Source: a virus
Lineage: Duplodnaviria > Caudoviricetes
Strand: one strand, 5' to 3'
Length of the DNA: 28,961 nt
IMG/VR virus record: IMGVR_UViG_3300025372_000030
Span: 1-28,961 of that record
The notes beneath the pieces were generated by a model. The model ran no database searches and was not told the origin of the DNA. It worked only from the letters and a program-made list of their open reading frames with translations. The first letter of the stretch is position 1, and every line of letters begins with the position of its first letter. Below are positions 1-9,374 of this stretch, piece after piece. The position numbers were made by a program, and so were the translations under genes.

Positions 1-999
1 TATAAATATCCACTACAGTTCTTTACTGCTTGCCTTAATGCAAGTCAGAGATTGCCCGATCCCATGGAGGAAATCAGACTAATTCAGCAAGAGCTTCCAT
101 ATTTTGGTATCAAGCTATTGCCACCTCACTTATTAAAGTCTGACATGAAGTTTAAGATAGACGGAGAGAATATTCGTTACGGCTTGAGCGCCATTAAGGG
201 CATTTCAGATAGCGCCATGGAAAAACTAATTAATTTCCGTGGAGAATATGACAGCAAGATAGATTGTTTTATTGCCGCAAAGCAGGCTGGCTTAAATATT
301 GGAGTTCTATCTTCATTGATTCAAGCTGGCGCGCTTGACGAGCTAGAAACCAAGAGAACAAGATTGGTTCTTGAGGCACAAACATATAATTTGTTAACTG
401 ACCGCGAAAAGAGACTAGTTAAGGATATTCATGATGATACAGAAAACAAAGATATTCTTTCTATTATTAAGATTCTAAATGAAAAGAGCCAAATCAAAGA
501 TAGTAGATTTGAAACAATCAAGGGTAAGTATAATACCTACAAAGATATCTATTTACTAAATAGTAGAAACGAGGAGATTACAAACTACTTCTATGAGAGG
601 AATTGTCTAGGATTTAGTTATAGTCAGAATCTAACCACTATCTTTAAGAAAAAGAACCCAATGTTCAATACAATTAGGACTATTTTAGATACCCGCAAGG
701 AAAATGATAATGTTTTAGTGGTTGGACAGGTTCTAGAAACCAAGGTTTCCAAATCTAAAAATGGTAATAAGTTCTATAAGGCAGTAGTATCTGATGATAC
801 CGGAACAATAACCTCGCTATTATTTGACGGTAAAAAGGGCATGTTAGAAGAGCTAAAGCATGATAACGCTGGTGTTTTTCCAGAAGAAAATGATATCGTC
901 GCCATCAAGGGCAGACTAAAGGGTCAGGATGCCATATTTGCCGACAAAATAGTAAAACAAGACTGTCGTATCTATAAAAATATGAGAGATTTGAAGTAG
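1..999 (+). CDS. dnaE: DNA polymerase III alpha subunit, C-terminal part (5'-truncated by window edge)
   Basis: Frame 1 is open from base 1 (YKYPLQFFTACLN...). It has the DnaE 'GIKLLPPH..KS...F.....IRYGLSAIKGIS' helix-hairpin-helix region, 'LIQAGALD', and a C-terminal OB fold (VLVVGQV...KSKNGNKF...VSDDTG). Confidence 0.9.
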   Translation, partial: YKYPLQFFTACLNASQRLPDPMEEIRLIQQELPYFGIKLLPPHLLKSDMKFKIDGENIRYGLSAIKGISDSAMEKLINFRGEYDSKIDCFIAAKQAGLNIGVLSSLIQAGALDELETKRTRLVLEAQTYNLLTDREKRLVKDIHDDTENKDILSIIKILNEKSQIKDSRFETIKGKYNTYKDIYLLNSRNEEITNYFYERNCLGFSYSQNLTTIFKKKNPMFNTIRTILDTRKENDNVLVVGQVLETKVSKSKNGNKFYKAVVSDDTGTITSLLFDGKKGMLEELKHDNAGVFPEENDIVAIKGRLKGQDAIFADKIVKQDCRIYKNMRDLK

Positions 1000-1053
1000 T
1001 TAATTAATTAATTTTTAATATAAAAATTGATGTTTTCGGTGTAATATAGATAT

Positions 1054-1668
1054 ATGAGTCAAGAACTGCCCCTTCCTAAGAACAAAGAAACACGCGGAGA
1101 CTATATGGCAAGATGTGCCTCCATCAAGGTAGACCCATCTGATAGCAAGTGGTCTGACCCAAATCGTGTTGTTGCCGCATGCGAAATGAATTGGTCGAAG
1201 GCCAGAGAGTCTGCCGCTATGATCTTAGGTTCTGGTGATCAGGAAACATTATTCATGGTCAAGCCCATCGAGGAAATTAAGGCAAGCGCAGAAATCGAAA
1301 TCAATGCAGATGCAGAGATTGCAAATGAAGTATTTGCAACACTTTTAAATAGCGCTACAGTCGCACACATTCTACATCTTCAGACACGTAGTTATGCAAA
1401 ACATAAAGCTTTACAAAACTTATACGAGGAGCTTCCAGAGGTAACAGATAGCCTTATTGAGTCTTATCAGAGCAAATATGGAATTGCACAATATCCAGTC
1501 CAATCTGTTACAACACCATCTGATCCGCTTGAATTTGTCAAAGGATTAAGAGAATATGTCACATCAAATAGATATGCAGTAGCCAAAGATTCTGAGCTTC
1601 AGAATATCACTGATGAAATCACACAGCTTCTGGATAGTACAATTTATAAGCTAACATTTTTAAGCTAA
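1054..1668 (+). CDS. Modular phage protein: N-terminal PLP..E.R.D...RC domain + C-terminal ferritin/Dps-like four-helix domain (DUF5856-like)
   Basis: C-terminal AHILHLQTRSYAKHKALQNLYEEL...LIESYQ...ELQNITDEI...TIYKLTFL is typical of phage ferritin-like proteins. The N-terminal module is shared with the next gene. Confidence 0.7.
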   Translation: MSQELPLPKNKETRGDYMARCASIKVDPSDSKWSDPNRVVAACEMNWSKARESAAMILGSGDQETLFMVKPIEEIKASAEIEINADAEIANEVFATLLNSATVAHILHLQTRSYAKHKALQNLYEELPEVTDSLIESYQSKYGIAQYPVQSVTTPSDPLEFVKGLREYVTSNRYAVAKDSELQNITDEITQLLDSTIYKLTFLS

Positions 1669-1675
1669 AAAACAT

Positions 1676-2452
1676 ATGCCATTACCAACCCCAAATAATA
1701 GAGAAAGCCGTGGAGACTTTGTTTCCCGTTGTATTCAGTCGCTTAACGACAAAGGTGAGATGAAGGATAATAAGCAACGTATCGCTGTTTGTTATACCCA
1801 ATGGAAGGATGCAAAGGCATCTGCTGATGTTATCGTGGGTAGTGGCGATCAAGAGACTATTATCTCTTCTGGTCAGCGTTTTGGTGGAGAAAAACGCTCG
1901 GATTTAAAGGATAGTGACTTTTTATACCCAAAAGAACGCAGTTTTCCCATAGTAACGCCAAAAGATGTAAAAGATGCAGTTAGTAGCTTTGGGCGTAGTA
2001 AAGGTAAAGATTTTGAAGACTTTAAGCGCCGTCTCGTTCGTAAGGCACGTTCCAAGGGCGCAGCATTTGTTTCTGCACTTCCAGATACAATTAAAGAACA
2101 ATTTAAAATCAAAGCCAATGCAGAAGAGGCCGTTGAAGAACTAAGGGAAGAGTATGTAAATCAGGCAAAAGAAGTTATTCGTGAACTATTAAGCGCCGCA
2201 AATAAAGTCGCAGCATTTCTTGAGGATGAAGCATATCACGACAAAGCAACAGAAGCATGGGTATTTGAAAAGATGGTTTTATCTAAAGCCATGATCTGCG
2301 GAGCCGAACATTATATCGAGTTTGGTGAGGATGAAGATGAAAAAGAAGAAACTCAAGAAAATGTTGGTCTAATAGAGCCAGCTAAAGTTACCTCCGAAGA
2401 CGAGATTCGTGAGAAAGTTTACAATAATAAATTTGGAGCAGATACATACTAA
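1676..2452 (+). CDS. Modular phage protein (shared PLP N-terminal module; central 'RSDLKDSDFLYPKERSFPI' DUF6582-like module)
   Basis: MPLPTPNNRESRGDFVSRC...RIAVCYTQW...GSGDQET is paralogous to the previous gene. Acidic C-terminus. Confidence 0.65.
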   Translation: MPLPTPNNRESRGDFVSRCIQSLNDKGEMKDNKQRIAVCYTQWKDAKASADVIVGSGDQETIISSGQRFGGEKRSDLKDSDFLYPKERSFPIVTPKDVKDAVSSFGRSKGKDFEDFKRRLVRKARSKGAAFVSALPDTIKEQFKIKANAEEAVEELREEYVNQAKEVIRELLSAANKVAAFLEDEAYHDKATEAWVFEKMVLSKAMICGAEHYIEFGEDEDEKEETQENVGLIEPAKVTSEDEIREKVYNNKFGADTY

Positions 2453-2453
2453 T

Positions 2454-3092
2454 ATGTTTGAAATTATTTCAGAAGTAAAATATCACGACGAAGCGCTCCA
2501 TAATCGCGTTAAGCAGGCTGCCGATAAAAAATTTGGCACAAAAAGCAGTTATGTTAAGAGCCTTTGGATATTAAAAGAATATAAATCCAGAGGTGGTAAA
2601 GTACAATATAAAGGAAAGAAACCCTCCGGGACATCTATTAAGAAGCAAGTTAAGGGTAGTCAGGTTTATCTAAATGTTTCTTACGCACCAGAAGAAGACC
2701 TATTTGCTGCTGAACATAATGGAAAAAAAGTTCAGCTAAATAAACCGTTTCGTACACCAAAGGGGCCTAAAAAATTTGCTGTTTATGTTAAAAATGGTAG
2801 TGGTAAAGTAGTTATCGTAAGGTTCGGTGATCCTAATATGGAAATCAAAAGAGATGACCCAGCCAGAAGAAAAAGCTTCCGCGCAAGACATCATTGCGAT
2901 AATCCCGGTCCCAAATGGAAAGCACAATACTGGGCATGTCAAACATGGAGATCTGATAAGTCAGTAAAACAGGTTGCCGGTGAAGAAGATATTGATTGGG
3001 ACAACCTACCCACACAGGAAGAAATCTATGGAACCGAGCTTCCAGCTTTTGATATGGAAGAGATAGATGATAGCTGTTACGATTGTGAATAA
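2454..3092 (+). CDS. Modular basic phage protein with DUF6321-like domain
   Basis: ATG at 2454, just after the previous stop. Contains 'KKVQLNKPFRTP.GPKKFAVYVK...VRFGDPNMEIKRDDPARRKSFRARHHC...YWAC', a motif recurrent in large phage proteins. Confidence 0.7.
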   Translation: MFEIISEVKYHDEALHNRVKQAADKKFGTKSSYVKSLWILKEYKSRGGKVQYKGKKPSGTSIKKQVKGSQVYLNVSYAPEEDLFAAEHNGKKVQLNKPFRTPKGPKKFAVYVKNGSGKVVIVRFGDPNMEIKRDDPARRKSFRARHHCDNPGPKWKAQYWACQTWRSDKSVKQVAGEEDIDWDNLPTQEEIYGTELPAFDMEEIDDSCYDCE

Positions 3093-3141
3093 ATAATTAT
3101 TCTTGATCAGTTTATAAGTTATTGTTATACTTCATGTAACG

Positions 3142-3435
3142 ATGAAAGTTACATGGAAAGTAGAAGGAGCGGGAGACTGGTCTGCAACCATAGTTGACGA
3201 CATAACCTGTCCGCCTATTGAAATAGCAACCAAGGTTCTTGAGAGAGAATTAAAAAGCTTTTCTAATCCTGATGGTGGAATGACGCTAGGTTTAGTTCTT
3301 ATGGTTACCCATGACAGAATGAAGTCTGTGGATGAAACTTTTATTTGCCATATGCCAACAGTACTTGCCAATGCAGGGTTTTATTTTGAGTCAAATCAAT
3401 TACAAAAGCAGATTGACAAGCTGCTCAATTCGTAA
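3142..3435 (+). CDS. Hypothetical protein
   Basis: 97-aa ORF preceded by TTGATC-N17-TATACT (3103-3131). Confidence 0.7.
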   Translation: MKVTWKVEGAGDWSATIVDDITCPPIEIATKVLERELKSFSNPDGGMTLGLVLMVTHDRMKSVDETFICHMPTVLANAGFYFESNQLQKQIDKLLNS

Positions 3436-3447
3436 TAAGATTGGTAC
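3413..3447 (+). promoter_or_regulatory. Sigma70-type promoter for a leaderless transcript
   Basis: TTGACA-N17-TAAGAT-N6-ATG(3448). Confidence 0.75.
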
Positions 3448-3705
3448 ATGAAAACAATTACAGCATCTATCACGGCAATTTTTCTCCTTATCACTTCACT
3501 TTCAGCCGAGGATATTAAGCCACCAGAAATTAAAGAAATGCTAGTAATTGGCGCTGGCCCAACAATGAACGCCTCAATGAGCGCTTGTCAGGATAGAATG
3601 TATAATAGCTGTAAGCAGATACAAACGGTATCAAACCGTGATAGCCAGTGGACAGGTGCTGGGTGGATAACCACCTATCAAGTTACCTATAAAGTTGTAC
3701 ATTAA
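3448..3705 (+). CDS. Small exported hypothetical protein
   Basis: Signal-peptide-like N-terminus MKTITASITAIFLLITSLSA; two Cys. Confidence 0.7.
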   Translation: MKTITASITAIFLLITSLSAEDIKPPEIKEMLVIGAGPTMNASMSACQDRMYNSCKQIQTVSNRDSQWTGAGWITTYQVTYKVVH

Positions 3706-3711
3706 TTCTCA

Positions 3712-4962
3712 ATGGAAAAACTAACGCTTCAAGAATACCAAGCTATTCTTAATAGCCTAGTTTATCACCATGCGGTTTTCTATCAATTTTGGCGCTTGGT
3801 TAAGCCAAGCTACTCAGAAGAAATAGATACCGCATGTGTTAGTTTTAATAATGAGGGCAAGTGTATAGATTTTCTAATCAACAAACATTTTTGGCACTCT
3901 ATCTCAGAAGAAAAAAAGAAATTTGTTATATGCCATGAATGCATGCATGTAATCAATTCACATGGTAAAAGAATTAATAAAAAGTTTCAAGAGCATGCAG
4001 AGCAAGCAAACTGCGCGATGGACATTGTTGTTAATGAATCTTTAGTAAAATATTTTAATTTTAATAAAAACGAAATAGACCCCTCAGAAGAATACGTGTG
4101 GTTTGATAAGCTATTTAAAGATGATCCATCCGTATTAAAAGACAATAGCTTTGAATACTATCTTAATAAAATCATTGAGAAAAATATACAAATGCCTTCC
4201 TCTGGAAGCCATTTAATCAATTCACATAACGGGCTAGATATACCCAAAGAGTTTGCACAACAGATTATCAATCAACTATCAGATGAGGAAGCTGACATAT
4301 TAAAAAACATTGCAGAACGCGCTGAACAGGGTAAGAAACAAGAATCAAATGGGCAAATTGCCGGAACAAAAGCTGGCGATCTGGTTAAAACCCTAGAAAA
4401 AAAACCAATAAAAACTTGCTCTAAATGGGAAACGGTTATCAAAAAGTTTGAACGTAGTTTTGGAAAAGAAGAAACCAATGAATCTCACTGGCTAGCAAAA
4501 GACAGGAGAATGCATAATTTAAACTTTAATATATTCTTGCCCTCTGAAATTGAGTACGAGGTTCGTAAAACAAATAAAGATAAAATTAAAACATATTTCT
4601 TTATGGATTCAAGTGGTTCATGCGACATGTTAGCGCAACGATTTTTTAATGCGGCCAATAGCATTAACAAGGATAAATTTGATGTTGAGTACTACTGCTT
4701 TGATACCACGGTTTATAAAGTAAACTTAAAAGATAGAAAGCTTTTTGGTTTTGGTGGAACAAGCTTCCGTTGTATAAGCGACTTTGTTTATAAAACAAAA
4801 AATGAAAATCCGTTCGTATGGGTTCTGACCGATGGCTATGGAGACTATCCGCCCATTCCAGATAAGGAACAGAAAAAATGGAGTTGGTTTTTGACCAAAG
4901 ATGGTTGCCAGAGATACATCCCCAGAGAATGCAAAACATATCTTTTAGAAAATTTTGAATAG
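3712..4962 (+). CDS. DUF2201-type metallopeptidase-like + vWA domain protein
   Basis: HExxH (HECMH) followed by 'ANCAMDIVVN'. C-terminal MIDAS-like DSSGS, 'FDTTV', 'GGTSF', 'LTDGYG'. Confidence 0.85.
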   Translation: MEKLTLQEYQAILNSLVYHHAVFYQFWRLVKPSYSEEIDTACVSFNNEGKCIDFLINKHFWHSISEEKKKFVICHECMHVINSHGKRINKKFQEHAEQANCAMDIVVNESLVKYFNFNKNEIDPSEEYVWFDKLFKDDPSVLKDNSFEYYLNKIIEKNIQMPSSGSHLINSHNGLDIPKEFAQQIINQLSDEEADILKNIAERAEQGKKQESNGQIAGTKAGDLVKTLEKKPIKTCSKWETVIKKFERSFGKEETNESHWLAKDRRMHNLNFNIFLPSEIEYEVRKTNKDKIKTYFFMDSSGSCDMLAQRFFNAANSINKDKFDVEYYCFDTTVYKVNLKDRKLFGFGGTSFRCISDFVYKTKNENPFVWVLTDGYGDYPPIPDKEQKKWSWFLTKDGCQRYIPRECKTYLLENFE

Positions 4963-4994
4963 ACATCATCAAAAAAAACATTTAAAATAGCTTT
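4960..4994 (+). promoter_or_regulatory. Sigma70-type promoter for a leaderless transcript
   Basis: TAGACA-N17-TAAAAT-N6-ATG(4995). Confidence 0.65.
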
Positions 4995-6032
4995 ATGGAT
5001 CAAACTCTAGACCAAATTGAAAACAAACTAGTTCAGTATTTTAAACTGGGCAAGAACGTTCTGCTAGAAGGTAAACATGGTACTGGAAAGACCAGTCTCA
5101 TCCAGAAAGTATTTGGAGATAACTGTAAAAACTGGTTGTACTTTTCAGGATCTACCCTTGATCCTTGGGTTGATTTTGTGGGTGTTCCAAAAGAAATCGA
5201 AAAGAATGGTGAGTATGTTTTATCCTTTGTACTTCCAGAGAAGATGGCCGATAATAAAGTCGAAGCCATATTTATTGATGAATATAACAGAAGCCACAAA
5301 AAGATCAGAAATTCTGTAATGGAGCTTATCCAGTTCAAGAGCATTAATGGTAGAAAGTTTCCAAACCTAAAAGTTGTTTGGGCGGCAATAAATCCAGCTG
5401 ATGATGAGGACGAGTCATACGATGTAGAAACATTAGATCCCGCACAGCTAGATCGTTTTCAAGTTAAAATAAAAGTTCCCTATTCTCCAGATTTTGAATA
5501 CTTTAAAAATAAGTTTAGTGTTAAAATTGCACAGGGCGCTATAGAGTGGTGGGACGGCCTTCCAAAAGAAGCGCAAAATCTAGTTTCCCCAAGACGTTTG
5601 GACTATGCACTAGAAATATTCCAAGAAGGCGGTGATATTTTTGACGTATTAGATGACAAGAGCAATCCAACAAAATTACTTGTAACACTACAGGTTGGTA
5701 GCTTAATCCTAAAGATTAAAGAACTTTATGATTCTAAAAGCGGAAAAGAAACTAGGAAATTTTTCTTATCTGAAAATAACTTCCAAGGCGCATTACCAAT
5801 TATTAAAAAGAATAAAGAATACCTACAGTTCTTTTTACCACTACTTAATAATGAACGATTGTCTGCAATCTTCTTTTCAGATGTTAAAGCGCAGAAATTT
5901 ATTCTGGAAAACTCACAATTGTTTAAAGACCCATTAGAGGAAATAGCCAAGCTTAAAGCTATTGATCCTTCTATTTTAGCGCAAATTAATCATGCGCTTA
6001 AAAAAATAGGAAATGTTACTTATTTTAATTAA
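4995..6032 (+). CDS. MoxR-like AAA+ ATPase
   Basis: Walker A GKHGTGKT, Walker B IFIDEYNR, sensor 'AAINP', arginine finger 'LDPAQLDRF', 'SPRR'. Confidence 0.9.
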   Translation: MDQTLDQIENKLVQYFKLGKNVLLEGKHGTGKTSLIQKVFGDNCKNWLYFSGSTLDPWVDFVGVPKEIEKNGEYVLSFVLPEKMADNKVEAIFIDEYNRSHKKIRNSVMELIQFKSINGRKFPNLKVVWAAINPADDEDESYDVETLDPAQLDRFQVKIKVPYSPDFEYFKNKFSVKIAQGAIEWWDGLPKEAQNLVSPRRLDYALEIFQEGGDIFDVLDDKSNPTKLLVTLQVGSLILKIKELYDSKSGKETRKFFLSENNFQGALPIIKKNKEYLQFFLPLLNNERLSAIFFSDVKAQKFILENSQLFKDPLEEIAKLKAIDPSILAQINHALKKIGNVTYFN

Positions 6033-6451
6033 TGTGCAGCTGTGGTGGTACTGACAGGTAAACCATGCACATTTCTTTCTAGATAGATAACTCGATTATC
6101 AATATTATCAATTTGTTTCTGCATGCCAACTATTATTTGACTATAAGCTTTTAATTGTTCGGTAAAAACTGTTTGATTGTTTATTATTGTTTCTAATTTT
6201 GCCTGAGTTATTTCAAAACGTTTTTGGTCTTCTATATCCTGTCTTTTGTCATTATCTATCTGCACCTTAACATATTCCCCAAATTTCTCATTTGTTACAT
6301 AATGTTGACCCATCCATAGAGTCGCATAACTGAACATCATAAAAGCAATAAGCATAACTGCTGGTTTGATATATGCCGCATACCATTTATCTGATTTGTG
6401 ATCTGGTACGTTAGTAAGCGGGTTCAGGGCCGATAGAGGGTCTATACTCAT
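6029..6451 (-). CDS. Single-pass membrane protein with coiled-coil C-terminus (possible lysis/membrane accessory)
   Basis: Hydrophobic segment AVMLIAFMMFSYATLWM followed by a heptad-rich region. Preceded by ATGTAA motif. Confidence 0.6.
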   Translation of the reverse strand: MSIDPLSALNPLTNVPDHKSDKWYAAYIKPAVMLIAFMMFSYATLWMGQHYVTNEKFGEYVKVQIDNDKRQDIEDQKRFEITQAKLETIINNQTVFTEQLKAYSQIIVGMQKQIDNIDNRVIYLERNVHGLPVSTTTAAH

Positions 6452-6530
6452 GATATATATTACATTTAATTTATAAAAATCCTACAAAAAAACATATTTG
6501 TCACATAATTCACCAATTTATTTATTTTAA

Positions 6531-6565
6531 TTGAATTAATTATCACATAATACTATAGTATATTC
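6531..6565 (+). promoter_or_regulatory. Sigma70-type promoter for a leaderless transcript
   Basis: TTGAAT-N17-TATAGT-N6-ATG(6566). Confidence 0.7.
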
Positions 6566-7105
6566 ATGCACTACCAAGAAAAAGTAACTGAATTCATGAA
6601 AACGTTTGGTCAAGACTGTCCTGATCGCCCCACAATTCCAGACCTTCAGACAAGAATTTTAAGAGTAAGGCTTCTTTTAGAAGAAGTACTAGAACTAACA
6701 GAGGCCAGTGGACTAAAAATAGTTGACTCACTTGGTTCTGTTTTTGATAAAAAACTGCTTACCGAAAAAGGTGGTATAAAAATTGTAGAAAATACAGAAA
6801 TTCAACCAGACATAGTTGAGGTGGCGGATGCGATTGCGGACATTTCCTACGTTAATTATGGCGCGGCATCGGCCTATGGAATAGGCATCTTACCAGTTGA
6901 AGAAGAGGTTCATAGCTCCAATATGACAAAACTATTCACCAAGGACGAAGCGGTGACTCTGAATCCGGCATTTTATACTTCAAAAATTGTTAACGATAAA
7001 GATAAATGCGTACTGGTTAAAGATACAAATGGGAAGGTTCAGAAAAGCCCATCCTATGCAAAAGCCAATATTTCAGCTATTGTTAACGCCCAAATTACCA
7101 AGTAA
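6566..7105 (+). CDS. MazG-like / PRA-PH family NTP pyrophosphohydrolase
   Basis: 'V.EFM.TFGQ', 'LRVRLLLEEVLEL', 'EVADAIADI.YV.YG', 'EVHSSNMTK', 'GKVQKSP.Y'. Confidence 0.85.
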   Translation: MHYQEKVTEFMKTFGQDCPDRPTIPDLQTRILRVRLLLEEVLELTEASGLKIVDSLGSVFDKKLLTEKGGIKIVENTEIQPDIVEVADAIADISYVNYGAASAYGIGILPVEEEVHSSNMTKLFTKDEAVTLNPAFYTSKIVNDKDKCVLVKDTNGKVQKSPSYAKANISAIVNAQITK

Positions 7106-7725
7106 TGGAAAATAGTGTAGAACTTATAGGTTGGTATGGCGGAGATGAAGTAAATGCCTGTAGCGCATGGACTTCTACTAGCAGAGAATTAACGGAAGAA
7201 AAACGCGCGCGAATTCCCAAGCTATTAAAAATGCTTGCGGAGAATGGCCATGAAACACCATTCGAAAAATCCACTGTTCATTTTTTGGTTAATACAGATA
7301 TCGCAAGTCATATTCATTTATTAAAGCATAGGATTAGTTCTTTGAACGCAGAGAGCGCCAGATACAAGGAACTAAAAGAAGATAAATATTATATACCCAC
7401 AGACTGGCCCTTGTATTGGCAACAAGCATTAGCTGATTATACTATAAAAGGAAATGATCTATACCATGAATGCCTAACTAAGCTAGAAGAAGCCGGTATC
7501 GACAGGAAGAGAGCAAAGGAGTCAGCAAGATTCTTTAAAACCTATAATTCTCAAATTCAATCAGATATTATGTTTAACTGGCGCAGTTTTGTAAATTTTC
7601 AAAAACTCAGAAACTCTGAACATGCACAGGTAGAAATTAGAGAAATTGCAGTGCAAATGTTAAATGCAGTTAAAAATATAGAAGGAAATCCTTTTGAATA
7701 TACTTTAGAAGCTTTTAATTTATAA
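7105..7725 (+). CDS. thyX: FAD-dependent thymidylate synthase
   Basis: 'GHETPFE', ThyX motif variant KHRISSLNAESARY, 'KESARF', 'NWRSFVNFQKLR...HAQVEIREIA'. Confidence 0.93.
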   Translation: MENSVELIGWYGGDEVNACSAWTSTSRELTEEKRARIPKLLKMLAENGHETPFEKSTVHFLVNTDIASHIHLLKHRISSLNAESARYKELKEDKYYIPTDWPLYWQQALADYTIKGNDLYHECLTKLEEAGIDRKRAKESARFFKTYNSQIQSDIMFNWRSFVNFQKLRNSEHAQVEIREIAVQMLNAVKNIEGNPFEYTLEAFNL

Positions 7726-7759
7726 TTAATCGATATTACTTAATATAATATCATTATTA

Positions 7760-8197
7760 ATGATAGATAAAGGTATATCTTATTTAGAACAAGCTAATAA
7801 TTTTGATGTTAATGTAATGTTTTGCGCAGCGCCAAAACATGCGGTTACCCTAACTAAACATAATAATCAAAAATATTTATATACTATCTATTGCCTGCAA
7901 ATCATAGAAAGCGGTAATTATATTATATTTGAAAAGCTTTTCAAGGTGCTTAAAAGAAGAAATAAACATGGATTGTTTTTCAAAATAGAAGAAAATAAAA
8001 CCGAATCTTTTAGTTGCCTTGCCGAAGCAAATATTTATTTAAATAAATTTATCAACTCTTTCGATAAACATGAAAGAGTAATAAAGGATATATCTAATAT
8101 CCAAGACGGCATACCAGCTGGAAATGCAATATTACTAATAAACCAGTGGGAACAATATACACTAAACTATTTTAATGAAATAGTTAGTTCTGAATAG
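7760..8197 (+). CDS. Hypothetical protein
   Basis: 145-aa ORF, AT-rich, no recognised motif. Confidence 0.6.
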   Translation: MIDKGISYLEQANNFDVNVMFCAAPKHAVTLTKHNNQKYLYTIYCLQIIESGNYIIFEKLFKVLKRRNKHGLFFKIEENKTESFSCLAEANIYLNKFINSFDKHERVIKDISNIQDGIPAGNAILLINQWEQYTLNYFNEIVSSE

Positions 8198-8531
8198 CTG
8201 CGTATGCCCAAACCTGACCCTGACCCGCACCAGTAACAACTAATCTAACATAAGGAACGGGTGAATCTAAAAATGCAGGGGCAGCATATCCATTCGGTAA
8301 AGAATTAAACGTATAAAGTGGCACACCTGCATAGCCACCAGCATCAGTGAATGCTGGATCACCGCCCAAGAAAGTTTGTGACTGAACAGTTGCAGATATT
8401 GTAGAAGATACACCACTACCATAGACTACAAAAAGGGCGTTTCTTGCTTCGGCTATACTTACCCAATCACCAGTAAACGGCGCGGACTGGCCAGAGGCTA
8501 ATAGTTTAGAGCCAATAAAAGAAGTGTTCAT
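8184..8531 (-). CDS. Hypothetical beta-rich protein, probably virion-associated
   Basis: G/A/S/V-rich with 'PYVRLVVT' strand. GTGTAA motif 14 nt upstream. Confidence 0.6.
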   Translation of the reverse strand: MNTSFIGSKLLASGQSAPFTGDWVSIAEARNALFVVYGSGVSSTISATVQSQTFLGGDPAFTDAGGYAGVPLYTFNSLPNGYAAPAFLDSPVPYVRLVVTGAGQGQVWAYAAIQN

Positions 8532-8582
8532 ATCTATTATAATAATTACACCCGTTTTTTAAAAAAAAGATTAAAAATTGCC

Positions 8583-9374
8583 CTAATATATAGAAAAATC
8601 ATTATTTTTACGAAATACAACAGTGAATGTCTCCGCCTTAGGTAGATGAACTACCATAGAGCAATCTCCATATTTATTATAATAATCTTCTGGAAAATCA
8701 TTTTTAAACGTATCTAAATGTAGATCACCTTCTTGCCAATGTAATGGTAATTTATTTTTACCATGCCCAATAAGACGGTTCTGCGTACCTGTTACTAAAT
8801 TTTTATCATATATTTTTAACTTATCTCTAACTATATTTCCAAAATGCGTTTCATCAACAGAATTATTTCCCTTGAATGGCCCATCATTGTTAATAAGATT
8901 ATTAATATTTTCTATATTTAAATATAAATCCTGACAGGAACTTTTTTTAAAAAATGCAAATGGCCCAAATAATGTTTTATTTATATAACCAATAAACTCA
9001 TTCTTATCAAGAACTTCATCATTAATATAATTATTAAAATTTCCATAGATAACATCTAAGTCGCTCCACCCAAACCATTCATATTGCTCCAAATATTTTG
9101 CATACATTTTCCCAAACACGGGTCTTACATCTGCTAGTTTTTGTGGTCTGTTTATAGCCACGCCGCCTCCCAATGCGTAATTTAATCTAATATTTACATC
9201 ATCTAAACTAGACGGGATAAATCTTAAGTTGCCATCCCTAAATTCATTTTCATACTGATCATTAAATATTAGCCAATCATAATCCTTGTTAAATTTAGCA
9301 GTTTTTCTTGTTAGATCAAATAACCTTGGAAACTCACCAAGATATACTACAATAATAGCTATCTTATTTTTCAT
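8583..9374 (-). CDS. DUF6625-family putative glycosyltransferase
   Basis: 'IVVYLGEFP..F', 'KLADVRPVFG....KYL..YEWFGWSDLDVIYGN' (DxD), 'DE'. Confidence 0.75.
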   Translation of the reverse strand: MKNKIAIIVVYLGEFPRLFDLTRKTAKFNKDYDWLIFNDQYENEFRDGNLRFIPSSLDDVNIRLNYALGGGVAINRPQKLADVRPVFGKMYAKYLEQYEWFGWSDLDVIYGNFNNYINDEVLDKNEFIGYINKTLFGPFAFFKKSSCQDLYLNIENINNLINNDGPFKGNNSVDETHFGNIVRDKLKIYDKNLVTGTQNRLIGHGKNKLPLHWQEGDLHLDTFKNDFPEDYYNKYGDCSMVVHLPKAETFTVVFRKNNDFSIY

